A stretch of DNA of 63,493 nucleotides from the NCBI GenBank assembly GCA_043808705.1, contig JAZDEO010000021.1:1-63493 (forward strand). Direction: 5' to 3'. Origin of the DNA: an archaeon (lineage in GTDB: Archaea; Nanobdellota; Nanobdellia; SCGC-AAA011-G17; GW2011-AR20). The notes under the pieces were generated by a model that searched no databases, was not told where the DNA came from, and saw only the letters and a program-made list of their open reading frames with translations. The translations under genes and the position numbers were made by a program. Shown here in pieces: positions 53,103 to 63,035 of the stretch. Position 1 is the first letter of the stretch, and the number at the start of each line of letters is the position of its first letter.

Positions 53103-56100
53103 ATGATGAAGATAAAATCAAAAATAAAATCAAAGATATTAGAATTAAGATCTTGTTTATTTTGTTTATCTTTAATTTTTATTTTAATGAGTTCTGTTTC
53201 AGCAACATTAGAAATTTCTGGTGCTAATGATTATGAATCTGGTTTTGATCCTGATAATGTTTATAAGTTATCTGAAACTGATATTGTTAGCCCATCTTCG
53301 GGAACATTTATTATTAAGGATACAGATGTCTATTTACCTGGAAAAAATGGTCTGGATTTAAAATTAGAGAGAACTTATAATTCTGGAGTATGGATCAATA
53401 GGATTAATGGAGATCCTTCTAATGACAATATTGGACAATTAAAGGAGTTTAGTTATTTAGGGATAGGATGGCAGCCGTTTAGTTTTGGCATGTTAAGATT
53501 AACCTGGTCACAAGGACCATCATCAAGTTTCTTTTATCCTGGCGGGAGTTATTTAGAATTTGGAGATGGTAATCAGTATAAAATCTTTTTAGATCAAACA
53601 GGAACAGGTTATTTAATAGAAAATCATCCAGACTGGAAACTTGAAGTAATTCCTGGAGGTAGTTGGCCTGATTACAGACTCATTAAAGAGGACGGTACAA
53701 TTTATTTCTTTGAGGGGAATGGATGTATGGCAAATACTATAACCTTATCTTTTATGGGTTCTCCCACCAATGTTGGAACATCTAAATATTGTTATGTTAC
53801 TTCAATAACAGATACTAATGAAAATAGTATAAGCATACATTATAAAGATATACCGGCACATTATGGTTCTACTTGTGAAACTGGTTGGAGTGGAACTAAT
53901 GAAAATGTAATACTACCACAAAATTCTGGGGCAATAGATTATATTGTAGATAGCTTAGGAAGAGAGGTTCATTTTTATTATAACATAATACAGGATGACC
54001 CTTATCTTGTTTATGGATACGGTACTTGTTATATTGAGCATTATATTCTTGATAAATTAACATATAGTAATACAAATAATGAGTTGATAACTGTAGATTA
54101 TACTGTAACACAGTCTGATGAAGGAACATCTTTTCCATTAGGTAATACATTAGCCTGGGATGAACATGAATATAAATTAGATAAAGTTGAGATAAAGAAA
54201 GGAAACACTTTATTAAAACCAAAAACATATTATTATTATAATAATTATGGTGAACTTGAAACAGTAATATATAATAAGAAAAGTGAGTTGCCTGACTCTC
54301 ATTTAACTCAAGACAGTAAAGTTGTTTATGGATATGATAAAGTAAAAAACCAATATAGTGATGTATCTGCTATAAATCAAGCAGGTTATAGCAGTAGATT
54401 AAAAGATAAAAAAGTATATGATGGTATGAATAATATGTATGAATGGCAGTATAAATATGGAAACGGCCAAACATATTATGATAGTTCAAATGGTGCTTTA
54501 ACTCAAAGAACATTTTTACATTGCGATGACACGGCTAGTCCAACAGCCACAAATTGTGCTAGCTCATCAACAAGAGTAGGTCCTACAGAGACTGGTGGTA
54601 CAGTAATAAATAGTTATAAACAGGTTAAGGTAATAAATCCAAATGGTGATTATGTTGTCAATAATTATTATGGAACAAACCAAGATTTAACTAATATATA
54701 TCAAGGATGGTGTGCTATTAGGGATACTTCTGGATTATTAAAAAATAGTACATTTTTTGAATCTAACGGAAATACTTTAAAGATTGATCAGTATGGGAAT
54801 GATTTTTATGAAGTTGACATTGATGTAAATGGATGGATAATAGTTCCTTATGGTGACAAATACTGTAAAGCATTATTAAAGGAAAAAAAGATAATAGAAT
54901 ATGACTCTTTAGGAAATAGTAAATTAAAACATTCTGAATCTTATAGTTATGGACATTATGTAAGTGGTGTTGTGCCTTGGATGCCTGTTTGGGTTCCTGA
55001 TCCATATGATAATATAAAATCATATAGTGGGGGCGGTTATATAGTTGATAGAGCAGAATCTTCAGGAATAGCATATACTTTAAATTATACCTATGAGAGC
55101 AATGAAGATTATAAAGAAAAGAACGTTCTTAATAAGGTTGAATTAAAAAAGAGTATTGCTGGATATTCTGCTCCTTGTCTTGGTGGTGGAAGTTATAATG
55201 TCTCAAAGATAAATAATGAATATGATTCTGAAATAAAAGGTAATATTATATCTGAAGAGCAAACAGGAATACAATATATTAATTTTATAGAAAAAGATAT
55301 TACTATTACTAAAAATTATGAGTATGATGATTATGGTAATGTAATAAACGAGATATATCCTAATGGAAATAATTTTGAAACAAGATATGATAATGGTTTT
55401 GATGCATATCCAAGTTCTGGATGGAATGATGAATATGGCTCTGAAAGCAATCCTGCATGGGAAAAAGAATATTATGATAATGGGTTATTAAAGCAGGAAA
55501 ACAATAAGAATAATGGAATTACAAAATATTATTATGATGATTTAAACAGAATAAAAAAGATTGTTTATCCTGGAGATACTGAAACTCAGTCAAGTTTAGA
55601 ATACACTTATTATGATTTTAAGAATAGTGTAAAGGTTAAAAGTAAAAAAACGAATAATGTTTACAATAACGACATTTATTACTTTTATGATGGTCTCGGA
55701 AGATTGATACAAAATAAACAGAATAATGTTGATGGAGATGTTCTTGTTTCAAGCATAAAATATGATGGTATTAATAATAAAATTTATACTTCTGAAAACT
55801 ATGTTGTTAGTGGCAGCTCTTCTACTTACAGTGTGCCTAATTGGTTTAATCTAATATCTCAAAATAAGGTTAATAGTTATGAATATGATTTTCTTAGTAG
55901 AGTAACAAAGAAAACAGATTTTGATAATACTTTTATTCAAATAAAATACGGTCCTTTATGGAAAATAGTAATAGATGAAAATGGAATTAAAACAAAATAT
56001 GATTATGATGCATATGATAGATTAGTAATGGTTGAGGAAAATTATGTTGAATGTAATAATAATGATGTAAGACCTTGTCCTAAACAAATTGGCGTATGTG

Positions 56101-57272
56101 AAGATAGTGAACAGACATGTAGCAATGGGGTGTGGCAAGATTGTGATTATGGAAATAATTATTGGTATTATGAAGTAATGTACGGAGAAAATACATTTAA
56201 ATGTGTAGATGATTTAGATAATGACTGTGATGGTTTTACAGATAATGAAGATAAAGATTGTTCTGAATGTGAATATACTCTTCATATGCCTGGCAGTTAT
56301 GGAACTTATAAACAAACATCTAATTATTGTGTAAAGCAGGCTGGTGTGTGTGAAAATTCACAGGGTTCTATGAAATATGAATTTGGAGATAGTTTAGTTT
56401 ATCTTTGTACAGTCTATGATTATGGGCAAGATTATCAAAGAATTGAGGTTAATTGTAATGATGACCTAGACAATGATTGTGATGGATTAACTGACGAGAG
56501 TGATGACTGCAATAAAATAATAACACAGTATCATTATGATTCTTTAAATAATTTAATAAGGGTTGTTGATCCTCGGGGAAAGATAATTGAAAAATACTAT
56601 GATGGATTAAACAGATTAAAATATAGTATAAGTTATGACAAGGGATTAACAGAATACATGTATGATAATAATGCAAATATAGTTGAGAAGATCACAAACA
56701 ATCTTTTAAAAAATAATAATTTTGAAAATTTAGATGAGTTTTGGATTTTTGATTCTGGAGTTAGTCTGAATAGTAATTCTTATTTTGGTGAATATAGTGT
56801 AAAGGCTAGTGGAAATTATAAATACGCTAATCAGGAAGCTTATATTTTAGGTTCTCAGGAATATATCTTGAGTTTATATGCAGAAGCTGAAAGTAAAAAC
56901 TTAGGAGTTATAATATACTTATATGATAAATATGGAAATGAAATAGACCCTGATTCTGTATCTATAGGAACTGGTTGGAGTCCTGGTTGTGGTGCTGATC
57001 ATCATTGCTGGTATTCTGGATCTATTCCAGTAGAAGAACAGTATTCAAGAATAATCTTGCCTTATTTTAATACTCCTAGTGGTGCTAATAAAATTAAGAT
57101 AGGAATAGGGGCATCTGTTACTGGTTCTGGTTATATTTATATTGATGCTATACAATTAGAAAAGGGAACAGAAGCAAAACCTTATTCCTTAACAGGATAT
57201 GAGTATAATGCATTAAATGAAGTTATTGAAACAAGTTATCCTGGATTGGTTGAAAATTGGGTTGGGATATAA
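53103..57272 (+). CDS. Secreted YD/RHS-repeat protein (1389 aa) with inserted Cys/Asp-rich modules and a CBM-like domain
   Basis: Signal peptide. Many YD repeats (YEYDDYGNVINEIYPNG, YYYDDLNRIKKIVYPG, YFYDGLGRLIQ, YDYDAYDRLVMVEE, YHYDSLNNLIRVVDPRG). Motifs CVDDLDNDCDGFTDNEDKDC and CNDDLDNDCDGLTDESDDC. A jelly-roll-like segment ends YIDAIQLEKG. Confidence 0.85.
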   Translation: MMKIKSKIKSKILELRSCLFCLSLIFILMSSVSATLEISGANDYESGFDPDNVYKLSETDIVSPSSGTFIIKDTDVYLPGKNGLDLKLERTYNSGVWINRINGDPSNDNIGQLKEFSYLGIGWQPFSFGMLRLTWSQGPSSSFFYPGGSYLEFGDGNQYKIFLDQTGTGYLIENHPDWKLEVIPGGSWPDYRLIKEDGTIYFFEGNGCMANTITLSFMGSPTNVGTSKYCYVTSITDTNENSISIHYKDIPAHYGSTCETGWSGTNENVILPQNSGAIDYIVDSLGREVHFYYNIIQDDPYLVYGYGTCYIEHYILDKLTYSNTNNELITVDYTVTQSDEGTSFPLGNTLAWDEHEYKLDKVEIKKGNTLLKPKTYYYYNNYGELETVIYNKKSELPDSHLTQDSKVVYGYDKVKNQYSDVSAINQAGYSSRLKDKKVYDGMNNMYEWQYKYGNGQTYYDSSNGALTQRTFLHCDDTASPTATNCASSSTRVGPTETGGTVINSYKQVKVINPNGDYVVNNYYGTNQDLTNIYQGWCAIRDTSGLLKNSTFFESNGNTLKIDQYGNDFYEVDIDVNGWIIVPYGDKYCKALLKEKKIIEYDSLGNSKLKHSESYSYGHYVSGVVPWMPVWVPDPYDNIKSYSGGGYIVDRAESSGIAYTLNYTYESNEDYKEKNVLNKVELKKSIAGYSAPCLGGGSYNVSKINNEYDSEIKGNIISEEQTGIQYINFIEKDITITKNYEYDDYGNVINEIYPNGNNFETRYDNGFDAYPSSGWNDEYGSESNPAWEKEYYDNGLLKQENNKNNGITKYYYDDLNRIKKIVYPGDTETQSSLEYTYYDFKNSVKVKSKKTNNVYNNDIYYFYDGLGRLIQNKQNNVDGDVLVSSIKYDGINNKIYTSENYVVSGSSSTYSVPNWFNLISQNKVNSYEYDFLSRVTKKTDFDNTFIQIKYGPLWKIVIDENGIKTKYDYDAYDRLVMVEENYVECNNNDVRPCPKQIGVCEDSEQTCSNGVWQDCDYGNNYWYYEVMYGENTFKCVDDLDNDCDGFTDNEDKDCSECEYTLHMPGSYGTYKQTSNYCVKQAGVCENSQGSMKYEFGDSLVYLCTVYDYGQDYQRIEVNCNDDLDNDCDGLTDESDDCNKIITQYHYDSLNNLIRVVDPRGKIIEKYYDGLNRLKYSISYDKGLTEYMYDNNANIVEKITNNLLKNNNFENLDEFWIFDSGVSLNSNSYFGEYSVKASGNYKYANQEAYILGSQEYILSLYAEAESKNLGVIIYLYDKYGNEIDPDSVSIGTGWSPGCGADHHCWYSGSIPVEEQYSRIILPYFNTPSGANKIKIGIGASVTGSGYIYIDAIQLEKGTEAKPYSLTGYEYNALNEVIETSYPGLVENWVGI

Positions 57273-57274
57273 AA

Positions 57275-58936
57275 ATGATTAAACATAAAATAAAATCAAA
57301 GATTTTGGCTTTAATATTTGCAACTTTTCTATTAATTGGTGTTTTTTTTGTTGGTGCTGATGGAGAATTGATTAGTGATGATAATGGAAATAACAATATT
57401 AATTACGGTGAATCTATTGATACTAATATAGAACCGGGGTCTTGTACTTGTACTATAATAGGAACGGGATATATATGGCAGGGTTCTTATTGTGATTTGG
57501 CACCTAATGGAGACCATTGTACTGGAATTAATCAACCAAGTTGTAGTACTATAATAAATCCTCAATATCCTCAACTAATAGAGAGTTGTGGTTGTAATTG
57601 TATAGGACCAGATCCTGCATGTATTGAGGGACAAACACAACCTTGTCCTAATCAAAATGGGGTTTGTTCTGGATCTTTTGAGGTATGTAACCAATATGGA
57701 CAATGGCCTGGATGCAATACAAATACTTATACTAATTGGGCAAATTCTCATAATTGGGTATATCAGGCAAATAATGAGTTAACATGTAATGATAATCAAG
57801 ACAATGATTGTGATAATTTCTCAGATTGTTTGGACAGCAATTGTAATATTGATCCTTATTGTTTACAGGGAATCTGTTTAAACATAAATTATTATTACAA
57901 TGATGAATGTGATGATGCAGATGAAAGAAATAGCTGGGGGAAAATTTGTAAAGTTGAAGATTGTTCTAGCACTATAGAGTATTGGTATGATGACAGAGGA
58001 AATGTAATAGAGCAAAATTTTACAATTGATGGTTATTCTTTTATAATTGAATATGAATATGACTCCAGTAATAATTTAATAAAAGAGGAATTACCGAACG
58101 ACAAAGATATAGAATATTTTTATAATGAACTTAATCAGGTTGAAAGAGTTGAATATGATAATAAGGATGTAAGTATTTATTATACACAAGAAGGTTTTTT
58201 AGATAATCTAATTTATGAAAATGATGTTGATGTTGATTATAGTTATAATAATAGAAATATAGTTGATGAAATAAATATTGACTCTGGTGCTGAGAACTTA
58301 TTCAATAAGGAATATGAATATGATAATGTTGGGAATTTAAGATTTTTGAATGAGGATGGAAATTTACTGGCTGAATTTGTTTATGATAATTTATACAGAT
58401 TGATTAGTGTTGATGATGATAATTATTATGATTTTAATATATTAAATTTTCAATATGATAAATCTGGAAACAGGTTAAATAAAAATCAAGATGGAAATAA
58501 TGCTGTTTATAGTTATGAAAGTTCTAGCAATAGATTATTGTCTGTAAATTCTGGTTCTGGTTATAACCTTGAAATTTACGATAATGCAGTAGACAGTTTA
58601 CTTAGTTTTGATTATGATAGTTCTGGCAATTTAGTTAAGGTAAATAATGTCAAAAAATATTATTATAATATTGATAATATGCTTGTTTCTGTAGACATAA
58701 ATAATAATGGTTATGCAGATGAACAATATTCCTATAATTACAAAAATCAGAGAGTTAAGAAGGCTTATGGTTTAAGCCAGGGTCCTTATTTTTATGAAAA
58801 TTCTGGAACAATCTATTATGTTTATGACTACAAGGGAGATTTAGTATATTCTTTAAAGAAGACTTTGGGAAATACTCCTGTTACTGCTCCCACTACTGGA
58901 GCTATTTTAATGCCTGATACAGATGATGGTATTTAG
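57275..58936 (+). CDS. Secreted Cys-rich plus YD-repeat protein (553 aa)
   Basis: ATG at 57275 gives MIKHKIKSKILALIF, a paralogous leader to 53103. Has a Cys-rich N-domain with CNDNQDNDCDNFSDCLDSNC, then YD repeats (YWYDDRGNVIEQ, YEYDSSNNLIKE, FQYDKSGNRLNK, FDYDSSGNLVKV). No Rhs core motif at its end. Confidence 0.8.
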   Translation: MIKHKIKSKILALIFATFLLIGVFFVGADGELISDDNGNNNINYGESIDTNIEPGSCTCTIIGTGYIWQGSYCDLAPNGDHCTGINQPSCSTIINPQYPQLIESCGCNCIGPDPACIEGQTQPCPNQNGVCSGSFEVCNQYGQWPGCNTNTYTNWANSHNWVYQANNELTCNDNQDNDCDNFSDCLDSNCNIDPYCLQGICLNINYYYNDECDDADERNSWGKICKVEDCSSTIEYWYDDRGNVIEQNFTIDGYSFIIEYEYDSSNNLIKEELPNDKDIEYFYNELNQVERVEYDNKDVSIYYTQEGFLDNLIYENDVDVDYSYNNRNIVDEINIDSGAENLFNKEYEYDNVGNLRFLNEDGNLLAEFVYDNLYRLISVDDDNYYDFNILNFQYDKSGNRLNKNQDGNNAVYSYESSSNRLLSVNSGSGYNLEIYDNAVDSLLSFDYDSSGNLVKVNNVKKYYYNIDNMLVSVDINNNGYADEQYSYNYKNQRVKKAYGLSQGPYFYENSGTIYYVYDYKGDLVYSLKKTLGNTPVTAPTTGAILMPDTDDGI

Positions 58937-59025
58937 TAAGGGTATTTAGTCTTTAATTTTATTAAATAAAAACCTTTAAAAGTATTCTATTTCACTTTCT
59001 TTATAGCATATAATGCATTTATAAT

Positions 59026-59109
59026 GCCGAGGTCGCATAATCTGGTAGTGCGCAGGACTGCTAATCCTGTTTCCTTCGGGATATCGGGGTTCAAATCCCC
59101 GCCTCGGCG
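59026..59109 (+). tRNA. tRNA-Ser(GCT), no intron
   Basis: GCCGAGG-TC-GCAT-AATCTGGTA-GTGC-G-CAGGA-CTGCTAA-TCCTG-TTTCCTTCGGGATAT-CGGGG-TTCAAAT-CCCCG-CCTCGGC-G. Long variable arm, discriminator G, 84 nt. Confidence 0.9.
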
Positions 59110-59253
59110 CTCTATTATAAATGGTGGCGTATTATTTTGAGTTAAAATTTAGAAAAAGAATTCTAGGTGTCTACAAAACAGTATAGATATAGTCACCCAA
59201 AAACGAAAGATTTATATACTACTATTAACTTTTAATTAATAGTTATTAACAAA

Positions 59254-59847
59254 ATGGAAATAGCAAGATTTAAGCAAATATTAAGAGTACTTTTAAAGGA
59301 TTTTTCAGTAAAACACACTATAACCTCTTTAGCAGAAGAGATTAATATAAGCAGAGTAGGCATTTGGAAAATTCTTAAAAAGATGGAGTCTGAAAATCTT
59401 ATTGTTTTATCTCAAATAGGAAGAGGAAAAACTAGTACTTTTATAATAAGATTAAACTTTGAAAATATCCTTACAGAAAAAAATCTTGAGTTAATACTTA
59501 CTGAGAATTCATTGAAACATGAGAGATGGTTAAACAGTTTTTCTGAGCTTAAAGAAAGAGTAGACTTTTTAATCATATATGGGAGCATTTTACATTCAAA
59601 AGACGCTAGTGATATTGATATTTTGGGTATTGTTTCTGAAAAGAAAAAATTTAAGGAGATTGAAGAAGTTCTTTTAAAGATTCAAAAAACTCAAATAAAA
59701 AAGATACATATTTTGAACTTTACAAATACTGAATTCAAGAATGAGTTATTAAAGAACAACAAAGTATTCATTGATGCAGTAAAGAAAGGAATTATTCTAT
59801 TTGGACAGGAAAGATTTATTAAGTTTATTAAAGATATTACAAAATGA
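59254..59847 (+). CDS. wHTH plus minimal nucleotidyltransferase (MNT-type) protein
   Basis: N-terminal HTH (ITSLAEEINISRVGIWKILKKME) and NTase motif IIYGSILHSKDASDIDILGIV. Confidence 0.75.
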   Translation: MEIARFKQILRVLLKDFSVKHTITSLAEEINISRVGIWKILKKMESENLIVLSQIGRGKTSTFIIRLNFENILTEKNLELILTENSLKHERWLNSFSELKERVDFLIIYGSILHSKDASDIDILGIVSEKKKFKEIEEVLLKIQKTQIKKIHILNFTNTEFKNELLKNNKVFIDAVKKGIILFGQERFIKFIKDITK

Positions 59848-60380
59848 TGAAAGAAGTAAAAGAATGCTTTATGAATGCATTAAAAGATGAGAAAAAAGGC
59901 AAAAAGCATAAAGGCCTTCTTATTGTTAAACAAGATATTAACAAAGCAAAGGAATATCTAAATAAGGCAAAGAAAAATTTGGAGTTATGTGATTTATACA
60001 GAAAAGAAGGTTATGATTACAAAATTCCAGAAGAATGGTTCTATACATTATATTATTGTGCATTAGCTATAATCTCAAGATTCGGAATAGAAAGCAGAAG
60101 CTAAAGATGTACAGCAGCCTTCTTGAGGTATGCAAAAGACAATAATTTAATAGATTATGATGACGAGTTTATTGACAGAATTATTGTATACGAGGAAAAG
60201 GATGAAAAATCAGATGTTGATGAAAGAGAAAAATCAAGGTATGGCTCTTCTGTAAAGAGTGAAGAGATAGCTAACAAATACAATTATATGACTGATGTGT
60301 GCAAAAGAGCAATTTCACAATGTGAAGAAATAGTGTTTTCTGAAAAACAGTTTAAGGTTCCTAAAGAGTTAATCCAATAA
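59844..60380 (+). pseudogene. HEPN-like partner gene interrupted by one in-frame TAA
   Basis: ORFs 59844-60104 and 60123-60380 are in the same frame, separated only by TAA at 60102-60104 (…FGIESRS*RCTAAFLRYAKDN…). ATGA overlap with the NTase gene. Confidence 0.5.
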
Positions 60381-60516
60381 GTTAGTTTATTAATTTTGTA
60401 AAAAAATTCTATAAAAAATTTAGAAATCAATAGAAGAGACTATTTTGTCTATTAAAACTCTATAGTAAGGCGCTTTAATTTTTATTTTTCTTTTATTCTC
60501 TCTTATGTTTATTAAA

Positions 60517-60771
60517 TTATTTCTCATCTCTAAACAAAAACAGTATAAAAGGCAAATTCTCTTCTTTTACTAAGTTGTTTATTCTTAATTGGAATTCTTC
60601 CTTTGTCCTATAATATTCCATAATGTATTTTATGTCTTTTTTTGAGCTGTCCACAAATTCGTTTCTTATCTCTTTTTTAAGCCTTAGTATGCTGTTAGAT
60701 CTATCGCCTTCACAATAATAGAGTTTACCTTCTACCTTTATAGGATTTAGTCTGGGTTTTAATAAATGCAT
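60517..60771 (-). CDS. Hypothetical protein (84 aa)
   Basis: ORF only. Degenerate ACCTCTATA-type repeats lie upstream at about 60800-60850. Confidence 0.4.
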   Translation of the reverse strand: MHLLKPRLNPIKVEGKLYYCEGDRSNSILRLKKEIRNEFVDSSKKDIKYIMEYYRTKEEFQLRINNLVKEENLPFILFLFRDEK

Positions 60772-61083
60772 ATTTCCTCAAAGCAACTTTATATGATATT
60801 ATCACCTCTATACTATTACCTCTATATTACTACCTCAAATACTCAAATAACAAATCACCCAAAGGATATATGTAATAAGGCAATGTAATTTATAAGTATT
60901 TTCCTTATAGCTTATATAAAACCTTAAAATTTATAAGATAGCTTATATTTTTATAGAAAACACAAGATTTATATATTTTAATGCCTTTATAGAATATAAA
61001 GAGGTGATAAACCTCTAGATTAGTTCTAGAGAAATTTAATGTAAATAATCTAATATAAATATTTGCATAATTGGGGGTGCAAT

Positions 61084-61983
61084 ATGAAAAGAAAAGTAAT
61101 TCAAATAGCTAAGAGTACAAGTGTTGTATCTCTGCCTAAATCATGGACACAAGAATACAATATAAATAAGGGTGATGAAGTTTTCTTGTATCAAATTAAA
61201 AACAATATACTGATTAAGACATTAAATCAAAAGTCTGATGAGGTTGTTTTAGATATTACTGGATTGGATTCTGACTTGACTTGGAGATATCTAATTACAG
61301 CCTATAGAAAAGGAAGTGAGATAATAAAGATAAGATACAATCAAGATGCTACTGAAATATTACAGACTTATATTAAGGATTTAGTTGGAATGGCAGCAAT
61401 AAAGCAGAAAGAGAACATTATTGTTCTTAAGGATTTCTTTTATAATTACTCTGAGATAAATGCAAATAGCTTGATTAAGAGGATATTTAAATTAGTCATT
61501 GACATGTCTAATGACATCTTAGTTGCTATAAAAGATAAAGACGTAAATTCATTAAAAGGCGTAAATTATAGAGATTACAATATAAACAAGTTCACTAATC
61601 TTTGTTTAAGGATCTTAAATAAGAATATGTGTGAAGATTATAATAAATCCTTAAGTATGTACAAATTTGTTTCTCTTTTAGAAGAGATAGGTGATGAATA
61701 CAGAAGAATGGCATTAGTGTTTTCAAGAAATGTAACTAATTTGGATAATGAGACATTAGAATTATTTAATGAAGTAAATATTTTATTGAATGAATGTTAC
61801 AATTTGTTTTATGGATACTCTAAAGATAAATTAATTATCTTCCATGATAAGGCTAATGTTACATTAGACAGATTAAAGAAAAGCTATAAAGCCAGGAAAA
61901 ATGGACAGGTTTTAAGCAGCTTAGATACTATATTGCATTTAATTAAGAACTTGTGTGAGGAATCTTTAGTTGTGAGCATTTAA
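61084..61983 (+). CDS. AbrB/SpoVT-domain plus PhoU-like regulator
   Basis: MKRKVIQIAKSTSVVSLPKSWTQEYNINKGDEV (AbrB type), followed by a helical PhoU-like region with LEEIGDEYRRMA. Confidence 0.75.
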   Translation: MKRKVIQIAKSTSVVSLPKSWTQEYNINKGDEVFLYQIKNNILIKTLNQKSDEVVLDITGLDSDLTWRYLITAYRKGSEIIKIRYNQDATEILQTYIKDLVGMAAIKQKENIIVLKDFFYNYSEINANSLIKRIFKLVIDMSNDILVAIKDKDVNSLKGVNYRDYNINKFTNLCLRILNKNMCEDYNKSLSMYKFVSLLEEIGDEYRRMALVFSRNVTNLDNETLELFNEVNILLNECYNLFYGYSKDKLIIFHDKANVTLDRLKKSYKARKNGQVLSSLDTILHLIKNLCEESLVVSI

Positions 61984-61991
61984 TAATTATT

Positions 61992-62363
61992 TTAGATAAG
62001 AGGTATAGATTTAGCCTTATATCCTTTACCAGGAACATATAGAGTTAGGGAATAGTTTGTACCATATCCTTCATTAAGGGCTAATACAGCCAGTTTTACA
62101 GTATCTGCCAGAGATTCATCAAAAACATCAATAAGTTGTGTTTTTGTCCTATATTGGATATGCCTGACATTTAAGATTCTTTGTTTTTTCTCTCCACTTT
62201 CTTCATTACTAACACTGTCTAAAGAATAACTTGCAGTACATAATCCTAAACCTTTAGATTCAGAACAGCTTAAATTAACTATAAGCCTTAAATCTGGTCT
62301 TGATCTTTTTAGTCTATTTAATAGAAAGGTTCCATGAGCCCCGATTTCTGACCTTAGAGACAT
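61992..62363 (-). CDS. Hypothetical protein (123 aa)
   Basis: ORF with mixed alpha/beta composition. Family not recognised. Confidence 0.5.
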   Translation of the reverse strand: MSLRSEIGAHGTFLLNRLKRSRPDLRLIVNLSCSESKGLGLCTASYSLDSVSNEESGEKKQRILNVRHIQYRTKTQLIDVFDESLADTVKLAVLALNEGYGTNYSLTLYVPGKGYKAKSIPLI

Positions 62364-62401
62364 ATTACTATTTAAAAAAAAGAAAAAGTATTTAATTTCT
62401 T

Positions 62402-62683
62402 TTATTTCTTTCTTCTACGGGCTTTTGCTTTTTTTCTAACTCTTCTAATTGGCGTTTTAATCTTTTTAATCTTTTTAATTTCCTTAGTTTCTAATTCTTT
62501 CTGCTTCTTTCTTCCTTTATGTTGCTTATACACTAGGTATAGAACAAATAATATTATTATTATACCTGCTAGCAGAAGTAGTTTTGCAAGTACAGCCAAT
62601 ATTATTAGAACAATAGCCAGAAAGAACCATATCTTTGGATCTCTTTCTTTTAAGCCTCTTTTTATTTTTTGTTCGTACTTCAT
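62402..62683 (-). CDS. Small membrane protein with Lys/Arg-rich tail
   Basis: Two TM helices followed by a KKQKELETKEIKKIKKIK…RRRKK tail. Confidence 0.5.
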   Translation of the reverse strand: MKYEQKIKRGLKERDPKIWFFLAIVLIILAVLAKLLLLAGIIIILFVLYLVYKQHKGRKKQKELETKEIKKIKKIKTPIRRVRKKAKARRRKK

Positions 62684-62773
62684 TTTTATTATTTTAAGTA
62701 TAAATTTAATGATATATAAGGTTTTCTTTTTATTTGTTTATATTTTTAAAAAAAAAGAAAAATTAAAATATAG

Positions 62774-62995
62774 TTACTTAGAAAACATTTTGCTTAATAA
62801 AGGTATCATTAATATTACAGTTATTATAAGATATATGTACCACTCAAATCCTAGAATAAAATTCAAAAACCCTGGCCATGCTGTTATTAAGAATAATGTT
62901 GTGAAAAAAACACTTAGCTTTAGAAGTGAGAAATCATACCACTTCATCTTTTTCTTGCATTTTTCAAGCATCTTTGATAGACACATTAAAAACAC
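62774..62995 (-). CDS. Small two-TM membrane protein
   Basis: Preferred over the overlapping plus-strand ORF because it has coherent TM helices and runs co-directionally with its neighbours. Confidence 0.4.
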   Translation of the reverse strand: MFLMCLSKMLEKCKKKMKWYDFSLLKLSVFFTTLFLITAWPGFLNFILGFEWYIYLIITVILMIPLLSKMFSK

Positions 62996-63035
62996 CTCCT
63001 TTTTTATTTAATTTCTTTTTAATTTCTTTTTAATT

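Noticed and set aside
51114-59109. The Rhs cluster as an integrative island targeted to tRNA-Ser.
   Set aside because: I found no integrase gene and no direct repeat of the tRNA-Ser 3' end at the far side (51.1 kb). Composition does not visibly differ from the flanks.
60102-60104. In-frame TAA as evidence for stop-codon reassignment.
   Set aside because: TAA terminates many well-supported genes in this window (e.g. 2310-6146 and 53103-57272), and no other gene needs read-through. A pseudogene or split gene is the simpler explanation.
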